In this document: piece after piece, positions 35,780 to 47,242 of the stretch
Layout of the letters: every line of letters starts with the position of its first letter
Position numbering within the stretch: position 1 is the first letter of the stretch
Origin: Ascoidea asiatica JCM 7603
Lineage: Eukaryota; Fungi; Ascomycota
Assembly (NCBI GenBank): GCA_001600695.1
Contig: BCKQ01000003.1
Location: 904,654-968,653 of the forward strand
DNA length: 64,000 nucleotides
Direction: 5' to 3'
Translations under genes and position numbers: made by a program
Notes under the pieces: model-generated
Seen by the model: the letters and a program-made list of their open reading frames with translations, nothing else
Told to the model about the DNA's origin: nothing
The model's database searches: none

Positions 35780-37204
35780 ATGTTTCGTCAGTTAACTGTT
35801 GTCGAGGGTGAAATAAATAAATCAAACGAAGTTGCTTCATTATCTCTAGACAAAAAAGACAATCAATTAATTTCAAATTTACCTTCTATTCCAAATGGGC
35901 CTCAGATCTATTCAAAATCTGCTTCAATTCGCCCTTCTAGTCGTTCTAGAATTCTCTCATTATCGAGTTTATTAGGTGATTCAAATTCAAAATCAAAACC
36001 TGAAAAATTAGGTATAAGAAGATTAGCAAGATCTTATACAAAAACTCTTGCAAACTGGATGGATAATTCAAATAATATTAATACTTTAGCTCCAATATCA
36101 ACTAATGATATGAATGAATCAAAAAATGTGATAAAAATTTTAAATTATGCTCCAGATTCAAATAATATAAATTTAAAAAATCAAAATTCAATCAAAAAAG
36201 ATTTCAATAAACTTGATATAAAAGGTGTTGAAAACTCTTGTTTGGTTCCAAATTCGAATATATCTAATATAGCTCCTTTAAATAATAGAGATATTGAAAA
36301 TGATCAAAAAATAAAACTAACTAAAAATTTAGAAAAAAATAATTCTTATAGAAAATTAGGTTCAAGAGATTTAACAAAAAATGAAAATTTATCAAATAAA
36401 ATACTATTATTTGATAAACCTTGTATGAATAACTTAACTTTTTATTATCCTTCTTTCTTTTTTTTTGCTTTTTGTTTTAAGCATATTTACTAATATTCAA
36501 TGATAGCCAATGGAATTTCAAAACCTTATAACCTTGGTGGTAGAAGAGTTGTAATAATTAATGATTTACCTCCTAATACAGGTTTGAATAGTCTTCTTTC
36601 TCATATATGTGGTGGTCCTCTTGAACGAATTTCTGTTTATTCAGATAATAATAATAATAATGGAAACTCTCAATTAATAAAGGCTGTCAAACTAAATTAT
36701 ATCTTTCCAAAAGATGCTATTTGTTTTATGAATTATAGTTTGACTGGTTTATTTGTTGTTAGCGGTAAAAATTTGAAACCAGAATGGGCTTCTAGAGAAA
36801 TTTATGATTCTGAAGATACTGAAACTTATTTTCATAAACCAATTTCTCCAAGTTTAATTTCTCAAATCAACTCAGGTGCAAGAAGATGTCTTATAATCAA
36901 AAAACAAATATTTGGAAGAAATTCTTCTAATTCTGGAAGACATTATCCTTCACCGAAATCTCATTATTCGGATCTTGATATTGAAGATATTAAAACTGAT
37001 TTTGGAAGATATGGTTCAATTTTTGATATTGTTCCTGTCGTTTCTAGAAAATTATGTGTTTCAATCAATTATTATGATATTCGTGCTGCAATTTTAGCCA
37101 AACAAGAATTTGAAAACTATAATACTTTATTTGGTAAAAAATATCAAGAATGGAATATTTGGTATGGAAAAGATACAACTGATAAGAGCTGCATTCCTCT
37201 TTAA
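35780..37204 (+). CDS. SSP2: Ssp2-like sporulation protein with two RRM-like domains; join(35780..36422,36507..37204), 446 aa
   Basis: The two ORF-track pieces join in frame across an 84-nt intron (GTATGA...TACTAAT...TAG); RRVVIINDLP..SLLSHICGGPLERI and IWYGKD; PUS7, the neighbour of SSP2 in S. cerevisiae, lies in the same window. Confidence 0.75.
36423..36506 (+). other. Spliceosomal intron (84 nt, phase 1)
   Basis: Donor GTATGA 36423, U-rich body, branch TACTAAT 36488-36494, acceptor TAG ending 36506; removes the stop at 36491. Confidence 0.85.
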
Positions 37205-37519
37205 TAACTATTTTTCCTTTTTTTTATACTGATAATAATAATAACATTAAAAATTTCCAAAAAATTTACTTTTTATATATTATATTATGAAAGCAATATT
37301 TATATTCAAATAAAAAATAAAAGTATTTACATAACACATTTAACTCGTAAGATAAATATTTAATTAACTTTTAATTGAGGAGCTAGTTCTTTTTAAACTG
37401 ATTGTCAGCTCGTTTTTTATCTTGATGATATACTGTATATATATACATATGATAACCAATTTTTTCTAAAATGCTTTATTGAACGATTTATTTACAAGAT
37501 AATTTACTTTAAAAATGAT

Positions 37520-37879
37520 TTACCAAACATTTTCAGATTCTCCTTCTAATCTTTTTACCCTTACAGGTTCCCAATCTTCTTCAGCTAATCCTTGTAATTT
37601 ATAATATTCCTCTTTTAAATCAACTTGTCTTTTTTCTTTATTCAAATTAATAATATCTTTATCATCTAATTCTTGTAATTGTCTATCTCTCCTTTCAAAT
37701 CTAACTGCTGTAAAATCACTTAAAGCATATGATCCATATGCCATTAATGTTAAAAATGGTAATCCATATAATAAAAATGGATGTTTTTTTAAATTTTTTT
37801 TGATTATCCCACTAAATGACTTCTCATATCTTAATCTTTGTGATGCTGTTAAAAATTTTTTTGTTCCAAATACTCCCAT
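37520..37879 (-). CDS. COX16: Cytochrome c oxidase assembly protein Cox16
   Basis: KHPFLLYGLPF TM segment, FTAVRFERRD, VDLKEEYYKLQ, WEPVRVKRLEGESENVW. Confidence 0.95.
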   Translation of the reverse strand: MGVFGTKKFLTASQRLRYEKSFSGIIKKNLKKHPFLLYGLPFLTLMAYGSYALSDFTAVRFERRDRQLQELDDKDIINLNKEKRQVDLKEEYYKLQGLAEEDWEPVRVKRLEGESENVW

Positions 37880-38219
37880 TATTCAAATTCAAAAAACTTA
37901 TCAGTTTTAATTAGAGCCATTTCTATTAAAATAAATAATTAAAATTAAAATTGAAAATGATTTTGGTTAATTTTATTTTTCTATATTCATTTTCAAACCC
38001 CGTGTATTTGGGGTCTGTTTTAGGGGGGTCTGGCTAATGATCTCAGTTTTTTAATAATAAGTTTGATATTTCAAGAGATCCTTCTTAACTATGGGAATAT
38101 CAAACTTTTAACGTTAAACTAAATAAGGAAAGCATTAGAAATATAAAAATTCAGACAATAAAGCTGTTTGATTATATTACAAATGCTATTAAAAAAAGAG
38201 TAAAGTCATCCTAATAACA

Positions 38220-38627
38220 ATGAATCAGCTAAATTCAAAGGAAGCTAAAGAATTTGAATTACTAATAGAAGTAAAAAAACAGAGGGATTTCATGAATGTA
38301 AGTAATGACCCCATTGATTACTATGGGCTCACTTTTTTTTGTCATATTAGATGAAGTTTAATCAATTCAAAGTTGTAATTCTTTACTAATAATAAAACAT
38401 TTAAATTTATTTTTTATTCTTGTTTATCATAATTTTAGTTATATGCAACTACTGTGGAAAGATGTTATACAGATTGTGTTAATGATTTTACTTCAAAAGG
38501 ATTAACTGAAAAAGAAGAAGGTTGTATTGAAAGATGTGCAGATAAATTGATAAAACATAGTGAAAAAGTTGGTAAAAAATTTCAAGAAGAGCAAGCTGCA
38601 ATGGAGAAATTACAATATGGAAGTTAG
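38220..38627 (+). CDS. TIM9: Small Tim chaperone Tim9; join(38220..38297,38439..38627), 88 aa; missing from the ORF track
   Basis: Exon 1 [26 protein letters not shown]; exon 2 [52 protein letters not shown]...; twin CX3C. Confidence 0.95.
38298..38438 (+). other. Spliceosomal intron of TIM9 (141 nt, phase 0)
   Basis: Donor GTAAGT 38298, branch TACTAAT 38384-38390, acceptor TTTTAG ending 38438. Confidence 0.92.
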
Positions 38628-39253
38628 AAAAACAGATGTAAATAGTGAAAGTTTTTTTTTTCAACTTTTCCAAGTTAAACTAAATATGTAAAATAGAAGA
38701 AATTATTACCGTAATTAAATATATTAATCGATTCAATTAATGAATTTGAGCTTTATATAAAAAGAGAGAAAAAAAATATTAGCACTGTATTCAAGAAAAA
38801 AGAGCATTAAAAAACAGAATAACTTTGAAAGTAATGATATAAATGTACATGATAGAATAAGATAACAAATAATTGGAAATACCAAATTAAAAATGATTTT
38901 AAAAAATCGAAAGCTAAAAAAAGAAAAAAAATTTGATGTCTTTATATTTATCTTTTCTTTTCTTATAATAAACCGGAATGCATAACTCAATATGAAAAAA
39001 AAAGACTTTTGTGAAGAGAATTTTTAATAGGTATGAAATATCTTTATAATTTATTCACTTTATTTTTTTGTTTTTTTTGAAGATTTGGGTATGCAAAATG
39101 ATTGATTGAGAAAAAAAATATGAAGATAAACAAGAAAAAGTTCAAAAGAGAATAATTAACAGAAGTTGGATATGGTACATAACAGTTTAGTTTTATTTTA
39201 AATTAAAAAAAAAAAGCATTAATCATATAAGGAAATTTTTTTTGTGATACAAT

Positions 39254-42148
39254 TTAATCTAATAAATTAGCGATAGAAATTTTTCTTCTATTCTGATCCA
39301 TCTTTTTTGATTCCGCAGTTTTTTTTTGCCTTTCTTGATTTAGATTCTCCTGAGATTGATTATTCATTGTAGCATCTCTTACAGGATCAAATTTTGGAGG
39401 TTTAGCATTTACATTTTGAGCAGTTACACTTTGAGGGTCTACATTTTGAGAACTCACATTTTGAGAATTCACATTCTGAGGATTTATATTTTGAGAATTT
39501 ACATTCTGAGAATTTATATTCTGAGTATTTATATTCTGAGTATTTTCACTTGGATTAAAATGTGGATCAACACTACCATAATTTATTGGTTTTGAATAAC
39601 TTGTTGATTCTTGATTAGCAGAATAATTGATATCAGTTCTGAAAGGAGCTAAGTTTGAATAAGAAGGTGTTTTGAAAGTTTGATTAGGATTAGGATTAGG
39701 ATTAGGATCATTCGAAAATTTAGATTCTTTTGGAGAATGATTGAAAGAAAAATTAAATCCCATAAACGGTGATGGTTTTATAGGCGCTAAACTCGAAGGT
39801 TTATAAATATTTGATGAATTAATGTCATTAATATTTTTATTAGTTGGAGCAGAAGAAATAGATGGACCAGAAAAAGAAAAGCTTTGTTTAAATAATCCTG
39901 ATTTTGCAGAAAAATTTGGAGGAGAAGTATAAGATTGCAGAGAAGGTAATTTAATTTCAGAGGGTGGATTATAATCATTTTGAATATTTGTTGAAGAAGA
40001 AAATGGAGAAATTTTAGTTTTATTTAAATTATGAATTAAAGGTTGATTTTGATTAACTGGACCTGAAATTGAATATCTTTGAGTCAGATAATTATCAGAA
40101 TTTAAATGACCTGGGAAATAATCCGGAGCAATTGAAGCTCTTCTTGAATCAGGATCATAATCATTTGACATAACAGTAATTGAATTAGTACGTGAGCTTA
40201 TTGCAGGATTATATCTTTGAGATTGAAGTAAAGATTGAGGTTGATGTGATTGTTGTGGGGGTGGATGTTGTAAATTAGTTAATGGAATATTTGTATTTAA
40301 ATGAGTATTATATTGAGTAGATTGTGAATTTTGAAAATATTTAGAATTAATATTTGTTGGAACAGTTGCAGCTGAATGTCTTCTAAAAGTTTTTGGATCT
40401 TCAACTAATCTTCGTTTAGCGCTAGAAGTTTCTAATAAATTATTTGAATTAGTATTGAAATCTTTATCTTGATTAAAATTATAATTTATATTAGTATTCA
40501 AATTAGAGCTTGTATTTGTAAAGTTTTGATTATTATGTTGATTAGTATTTTGATTTTGATTATAAATTGTAGAAATATTATCATTTTTTCTTAATTCCAT
40601 TGAACTTCTACTTGAATATAATCTATTTGTATATGAAGGTAATTTTTTTGGAATATTTTGATTTATGATTGAATCTTGATGATTTTTAGAAGAAGATGGA
40701 ATATTAGAGGATGAAAATGAATTATCATTTTGAAAATTTTGAATAGAAGTATGTTGTAAATTTGAAGGTATTTGAACTGGAATTGGAATTGGTATTGGAA
40801 CTTGAATAGGAACAGGAACAGGAACATGAACAGGAATTGACATATCATTTTCTGAAGGTATATAAGTATTTGATAATTGTGATGGACGACGAGTTACATA
40901 ACGAGATTGTAATAAATGATGATTATCAGAAATTAAATGAGCATTTGGTGATAAATTTGACAGATTGGAAGTATTTGAAGCTGGATTATATGGATTTAAA
41001 GATGAAGGATTATTATTTATATTACTCATAGTATTTATATTATTTGGATTATTTATAGTATTTATTGTATTTATTGTATTCATACTATTCATACTATTCA
41101 TATTATTCATATTATTCATATTATTCATGCTATTCATATTATGTAATTGTTGTTGCTGTTGTTGAAAGGGTTGTTGATGATGCTGTTGTTGCTGTTGTTG
41201 CTGTTGTTGTTGATTTATTGAAACTTGAGAAGCTCTTCTTCTTTTATTAGCACCACCATTCCACCAATTTTTTATTGAATTATCAGATCTACCATTTAAA
41301 TGTCTTGCAATTTCTGCCCATTTTTTACCATATCTTGCAACTAATTTTTCTATATGAACACCTTCTTCTGGAGTTATTGGAGTTTTATTTAAAGTTGGTT
41401 TTAAATTTTGATGATATCTTTCTCTACATTGTTTTGGAGTTCTAGTTTCTAATAATTTTGAAATTTGTACCCAATTTGAAGCACCATGAGATTTAATTAA
41501 ATTCATAAGAGTTTCATCTTCAAAAGCAGACCATGGACCTCTTTTAGTTTGTGGTTGAATATGACTTGTATGACTATTTGTGAATTTTTTTTTCATATTA
41601 CTATTTGTATTTGTCATATTATTATCATTAGATATATTTTGATTTGAAGATAAAGATGAAGATGAAGTAGCGCTAGGAATAGAAGATGAACATGAAGGAG
41701 CAGTGTGAGCAGTAGGAACAGGAATATGTTGTGTATGAGAAGGAGGAATATTATTAATTGTTGGTAAAGAATTCTGATTCTGATTCTGATTCAAATTTGA
41801 AGGGTAATTATAATAAGAATCATGATAAGAGTCTTGATAAGAATCTTGATAGGAATCTTGATATGAATTTATAGGTACATTTGGAGGTATATTTTGATTT
41901 TGAGTAATAGATGAAGTTGAAGTTGAAGTTACATTAGATAATGAATTTGAAGAAGATTTATTTTTTAAAATATTTGTCTTATCTGATTTATTTGCAGTTA
42001 ATAAAGAATTAGCTGGGGGTAATTTAGTTATTTGATTATGCATATTATTATTATTATTATTATTATCATTATTATTATCATTATTATTATTATTTGAATT
42101 GGATTGAATTGGAGGTATATTTGGATTTAAATAATTATTGTAATTCAT
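39254..42148 (-). CDS. Two-repeat Myb transcription factor of the FlbD-like fungal group, with N/Q-rich disordered regions
   Basis: KRGPWSAFEDETL..NWVQIS..RTPKQCRERYHQNLKP..WAEIARHLNGRSDNSIKNWWNG; several RRxS PKA sites; C-terminal ISIANLL. Confidence 0.9.
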   Translation of the reverse strand: MNYNNYLNPNIPPIQSNSNNNNNDNNNDNNNNNNNMHNQITKLPPANSLLTANKSDKTNILKNKSSSNSLSNVTSTSTSSITQNQNIPPNVPINSYQDSYQDSYQDSYHDSYYNYPSNLNQNQNQNSLPTINNIPPSHTQHIPVPTAHTAPSCSSSIPSATSSSSLSSNQNISNDNNMTNTNSNMKKKFTNSHTSHIQPQTKRGPWSAFEDETLMNLIKSHGASNWVQISKLLETRTPKQCRERYHQNLKPTLNKTPITPEEGVHIEKLVARYGKKWAEIARHLNGRSDNSIKNWWNGGANKRRRASQVSINQQQQQQQQQQHHQQPFQQQQQQLHNMNSMNNMNNMNNMNSMNSMNTINTINTINNPNNINTMSNINNNPSSLNPYNPASNTSNLSNLSPNAHLISDNHHLLQSRYVTRRPSQLSNTYIPSENDMSIPVHVPVPVPIQVPIPIPIPVQIPSNLQHTSIQNFQNDNSFSSSNIPSSSKNHQDSIINQNIPKKLPSYTNRLYSSRSSMELRKNDNISTIYNQNQNTNQHNNQNFTNTSSNLNTNINYNFNQDKDFNTNSNNLLETSSAKRRLVEDPKTFRRHSAATVPTNINSKYFQNSQSTQYNTHLNTNIPLTNLQHPPPQQSHQPQSLLQSQRYNPAISSRTNSITVMSNDYDPDSRRASIAPDYFPGHLNSDNYLTQRYSISGPVNQNQPLIHNLNKTKISPFSSSTNIQNDYNPPSEIKLPSLQSYTSPPNFSAKSGLFKQSFSFSGPSISSAPTNKNINDINSSNIYKPSSLAPIKPSPFMGFNFSFNHSPKESKFSNDPNPNPNPNQTFKTPSYSNLAPFRTDINYSANQESTSYSKPINYGSVDPHFNPSENTQNINTQNINSQNVNSQNINPQNVNSQNVSSQNVDPQSVTAQNVNAKPPKFDPVRDATMNNQSQENLNQERQKKTAESKKMDQNRRKISIANLLD

Positions 42149-43400
42149 ATTGAATAACGTTTTTTTATTTTAAATTGAAATCAAAATTTAAATCAAGAGT
42201 AATTGAGTTGAAAAGAATAAAACTACAAATTGATTGAAGAAAAAAAAAAATGATAGAAATAATTAAAAGAAAATAAGAGTAGATAATAGAAGAAAGAAAA
42301 CAAAAGAAAAAAAAAAGCAGAATTAAAAATAAGGAATGATTATTGATATTATCTTATATTATGTTATATTATATTATATTATATTATATTATCTTTTTTT
42401 CTTATTATCTTAATATTAACTGAAATTAAATTATACTGAATTATATTATTCTAATTTACAATCAAAGATATTTACTATAAACAATGTGAAAACGGAACTA
42501 GAATTGAAGTTAATAATCAATGAATAATAAATAATAAACAAATCTTAACTCAGATTTGATTTAAATTGACTTTTAAATCTTATAAATCTTATAAATCTTA
42601 TAAATCTTATAAATCTTATAAATCTTTCAATTCTTTTATATATTTTTGAATATAGGTTTTTATTTATTTTTTAGTTTATGTATTGACAGTTTATTAATTG
42701 AATATTTGAATGATAATTTGAATGATTATTTAATAAGCAGGTATGAAATATAATTACAATTAGATCAATTTTACTTATTAAACTGATTTAATAAAGAATT
42801 TTTTAAAGAATATTGGTAGTTAGAATTGATAGTAATTTGGATAGTGAAATTGATAGTAAATATAATAGTAAAATTGATAGGAAATTGAAATTGAATGATA
42901 AAAAATGAATATAAATTTAAAAATGAGTATTAAAATGATGTTAAAATAATGTTAAAAGTATATTAAAATGATTTTAATATGGAATTTAATATGTATTTGG
43001 ATGGTGGTTTAATTGAGCAGTGAGAAAACAGCAGAAAATGAAAGAAATTTGAAAATGAAATGAATGAAAGAAAAGTGAGTGTACATAGAAGAAAATAAAG
43101 AAAAGTAGTGTGGTGTGGTGTGGTGTGGTGTGGTGCAATTGGGGGCAGACTATCGCAGCAGATAGTACGCGAGGAAGAAGTTTAAATCCAGTGGCAGCTG
43201 AGCCGGTGAATAAGTCGGGTTAAATAAATCACAGCGGTAACGTTTAAAGCTACAGCAGAAGTAAAAATCAGATTTAAGAGGCTAACACAGAGACTAACAA
43301 AAACTACTGAAGTCTCTGAGGTTTCAGATGTCGGCGGATTGTGAGGTAAGAAGTCTGAGGTGGGAAGTGAGAGAAATATAACATTAGTGTTAACATCGTA

Positions 43401-43436
43401 TTGCAGTTGCAGTTGCAGTTGCAGTTGCAGTTGCAG
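43401..43436 (+). repeat. (TTGCAG)6 microsatellite upstream of the Myb gene
   Basis: Read directly. Confidence 0.95.
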
Positions 43437-44466
43437 AGGAAGAGGAAGAGGCAAAAGCAGATGGCCATGGTTTATGAAAGAAATGAGAATATTCGAGCTG
43501 TTTGCAATATTGCTACTTTATTTCTATTTACTTTAGTTTACTGAGCTTCAATACCGTTTATATTTAACTTTACTGGGATCTTGTCGGTTATTTGTTCAAA
43601 CAAAGAGTTACAAGACTGAATGAATGGACAAATCCAGATTCATTTGAAACTTGAAATGTGGGAGATTTGACCACAAAAGCAATAAAAACAATGCAATGAC
43701 TTTTCCGTGGTGGAGATTACTGTAATTTTACTGTAATTTTACTGTAATTTTTTTCTAAGATTGCTTTCTCTTCAGAAACCGCACAAACAGGAAAAGATTG
43801 AAAAAGCACATGAAGAAACAAAGCAGTACCGTATTTTTGGTTTTCGTTTATAAATCCCCCCCCCCCTGCTTTGAGTAATTTCCGAAAAACCCGTTTTCGG
43901 TTCAATTTATATACAGTATGTATGTGAATTCCGTTTTTTAAAGGTGTTTCAAATAGTAATAAATTGGCAGGAATAACTTACGTTTTAATACCGTAGTTTA
44001 GTTTAGTTTTAAATTCAATTTAATCCCAAAATTATATGAAAACAGTTGGTTCCATAGACTAAAGTTAGGACTAACGTTATTTAAATACCACAATTTACGG
44101 TATCACCACCAATATATCACTTACCATATTTTTCCTTATTTTCTACTGTAAATTACAATCTCTAACATTAATATATGAAAAAAAAAGAATTTTAATAGTA
44201 GTAACCGATATATTTAATATACATGAAAATATAATTTAGAAGCTAAATAAGTAAATAATTTATTAATATTATTAAAAATGATTGATTTATAAAAAAAAAT
44301 AATTTATAAAAAAAATAATTGACAAAAACATATGTGAAAAATAAAACCGGATTATTTAAAGTAGGAACAAGAAACAACAAAATACATACAAAATAATAAA
44401 AACTAAATAAATAAATAAAAAAATATTAAATAAATGCCCTTGCAATAATAAAAATAAAAACAATTG

Positions 44467-44499
<33 letters not shown>

Positions 44500-44685
44500 C
44501 CTTAGCCAAATTATTACATGAAATGAAAATATAACCCACCAATATACTTTTGTTGTTTGTTTTCTTCATATTTCCTTTATACCTTAAAATATTTATAACT
44601 TTTTTTTTTTTTTTTTCTTCTTTTCTTTTCTTTTTAAAAGCTAAAGAATTTAATAATAATAATAATAATAATAATGATTATTAAT

Positions 44686-45444
44686 CTATTCTTTTTCTTC
44701 ATCACCTTCCATGAATTCACCAATTTGAATTATTGAACCAACAATTGCTAAAGCAGCTAAAAGTATTGAACTAATAAATTGAAGAGCAACACCAACCCAA
44801 ATAAAAACTCTTGATAAATTTGAATATGATGAAGTTAAATTAAAATAATCATTATCCATTTTACTAAAGATTCTTGTTGCAGTATTTAAATTAGTTTCTT
44901 GCCAAACTGCTGCAATTAAAGATAATGAAAATCCAATATATGAAATAAAAGCAGCATATTTATAAATACCAGGATGTGTTGAAGGTGAAATAAATGCAAA
45001 CATTATAACAGTTAAAGTTGAAATTGCAATTGAAACAATTAAAATATATGGAGTTAAACAATTAATTCTAAATAATCTTGCAGTATCATTTAAAAAATAA
45101 GCTAATTGTTTATCAGATGTTGAAGATAATGTAAAAAAAGAATCTGAAGTTAATAAATTAATTTCATTTGAACCACAAGTCCAAGAATGTGATGAATCAT
45201 CTTTAATAACTTGTATACAAGATGCAAAATATCCAACTTGAACATTTAATTCATTAATTGATGCAGATGATGTTGAAGAAATATATTTTAATTCAGCCAT
45301 ATAAAATGGTTTACCTTCTTTTGAAGTTGAACCTCCAACTAATAAAGATTCTAATATTATAAATACAATTAATAATAAAATAACATAATGTCTTGGTTTA
45401 ACTGATTTAACTTTTAATTTATTAAGATAACTTTGAAAACCCAT
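44686..45444 (-). CDS. Fig1-like tetraspan (Sur7/PalI/claudin superfamily) membrane protein
   Basis: Four TM segments; extracellular VQVGYFASC...WTC motif; ARLFRINCLTPYILIVSI resembles the Fig1 family. Confidence 0.72.
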   Translation of the reverse strand: MGFQSYLNKLKVKSVKPRHYVILLLIVFIILESLLVGGSTSKEGKPFYMAELKYISSTSSASINELNVQVGYFASCIQVIKDDSSHSWTCGSNEINLLTSDSFFTLSSTSDKQLAYFLNDTARLFRINCLTPYILIVSIAISTLTVIMFAFISPSTHPGIYKYAAFISYIGFSLSLIAAVWQETNLNTATRIFSKMDNDYFNLTSSYSNLSRVFIWVGVALQFISSILLAALAIVGSIIQIGEFMEGDEEKE

Positions 45445-46461
45445 TTTAGTTACTTGTTACTTGTTACTTGTTAATTGATTATTTGATATTTAATATTTAA
45501 TATTTAATATAATATATAATATATATGATTAATGATTGAATTGTTGATTTACTAATGATCTTATAATTGGTAATGTAAACTTATAGTAAATAATGTTAAT
45601 TATAATATTGTAATTTATTTTTTAATTGATAATGATATTAATTGAATAAAAGAGATTTTAAAAAGAAAAGAAAATTAATCTTTATATATTAATTATAACA
45701 TTGTTATTATATTATTTTTTAATTTCTATGGTTTAAAAATTGAAATTGAAATTGAAATTTAAATTGAAATGGCTTGATAAGGAATTTGAATTATAAACAA
45801 AAGTAACTAAGGTTACTAAAATTATACGATATAATATTAGTAAATCATTTAATTTTATACATTTTAATAGAAATATAATTTTAATTCAGTAATTTATCTT
45901 TGATTTTATAATATAATTAATAAAAAGATATAAAATTAATGAAATTTAAACTCGTCTAAATTAAAATATAAACAATAAATGAAATATATTCACGTGATTG
46001 AAGCTAAATATTCTTAAGAAACATATTAAACGTAGTAAACGAGGTTAAAGATCTCAGATAATACAATACAATACAGTACAGTACTGTTAATACTGCTACT
46101 GCTAGGCGTAATGATAGATCTACTCCATTAACAACAGAATACACCGAGTGAGTGAGTGAGTGAGTGTATTTTGATATGAAGTTTCATTGCCACTTCAACA
46201 AATCTAGTCGAGTAAACTTATTTCAAGTGCAAAAAGTGTTGTTGTTTAATTTTAGGGCAAGAACATGTCACATGTTGTATCACATGATTGCGGATATAAA
46301 TCATTTATTTATTTAATTTCGGTTATTCGTTATTAATACCGTTAGGCTATTAGCACTGGTTCGGCAATAGAAATTCAATTAAAAGCATTAGTTGATGACA
46401 TTTTTTTTTTTGATTGAAGAGTTAAAAAAGTAACTTCAACGGGTCGAAAAACAGACAGTAA

Positions 46462-46493
<32 letters not shown>

Positions 46494-46996
46494 TTTAAAC
46501 TAGAAGAGTGAGTCAAGAATATCGATTTAATTGGCGGATATTGTAAGAGGATATAATAATATTATTAGATTTAAAATAAAAGGAGAATATGATAATAAAA
46601 TACAGTAAATTTATCGGTAGTAGGAGATTAGGAGTTTTATTGAAAGCTATTATTTATTAATATTTTAATATTTTAATATTTTAATATTTTAATATTTTAA
46701 AAAATCATGATTTATTTAATGAAGTCATGAACTTTGATTCATTCAAATGATTAAAAAGCAGTCATTTTGAATTTTCATTACACTTAGCTTTTATCGGATT
46801 TCCTTTTTTTATATACAGTATAATCGGAAAATTTATAAAATTTTTCCATTTGAAAAACTGCTTAATCATTAATAATCATAATACAATAAATAGTGTTAAA
46901 CATTTTGTAGGAACCAAAAATGAATAAAGAAAAAGAAGAAAAAACAAAAAATAGCGGGAGGAAGTTAACCTTAAGTTAGAGCCCATAGTCATGTTG

Positions 46997-47006
46997 CCTA
47001 AATAGG
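46997..47006. promoter_or_regulatory. CArG box (Mcm1-type site)
   Basis: CCTAAATAGG = CC(A/T)6GG, flanked by TTG and AAA; TGAGTCA sites nearby at 46509 and 47044. Confidence 0.5.
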
Positions 47007-47198
47007 AAAACACAGTGGAATTTTGATAAAAATCTGCAAAGAATGAGTCAAGGTGAAAATAAACTCAATCTTGAGAAGTCATTGATTCATTATCGTTCTA
47101 TCGTTAAATAGATACAAATTATGTTTATATCTCAGATACGACTCACATAATTCACTTACTTCGCAAACACATATTAATAAGACCATACCATACCACAC

Positions 47199-47242
47199 CA
47201 TAACAGTTACTAGCATAACAGTTACTACCATAACAGTTACTA
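47199..47242 (+). repeat. 15-bp-period triple repeat CATAACAGTTACTA
   Basis: Copies at 47199, 47214, 47229. Confidence 0.95.

Noticed and set aside
43108-43135. (GTGTG)5 as a telomere-like seed
   Set aside because: Short internal microsatellite with no subtelomeric context
45990-46400. CDEI-like RTCACRTG motifs suggesting a point centromere
   Set aside because: No CDEIII consensus at the expected distance; better read as bHLH sites
46990-47015. Possible alpha2-Mcm1 operator (CATGT...CArG...ACA)
   Set aside because: The TGT/ACA half-sites are too close to the CArG box compared with known operators
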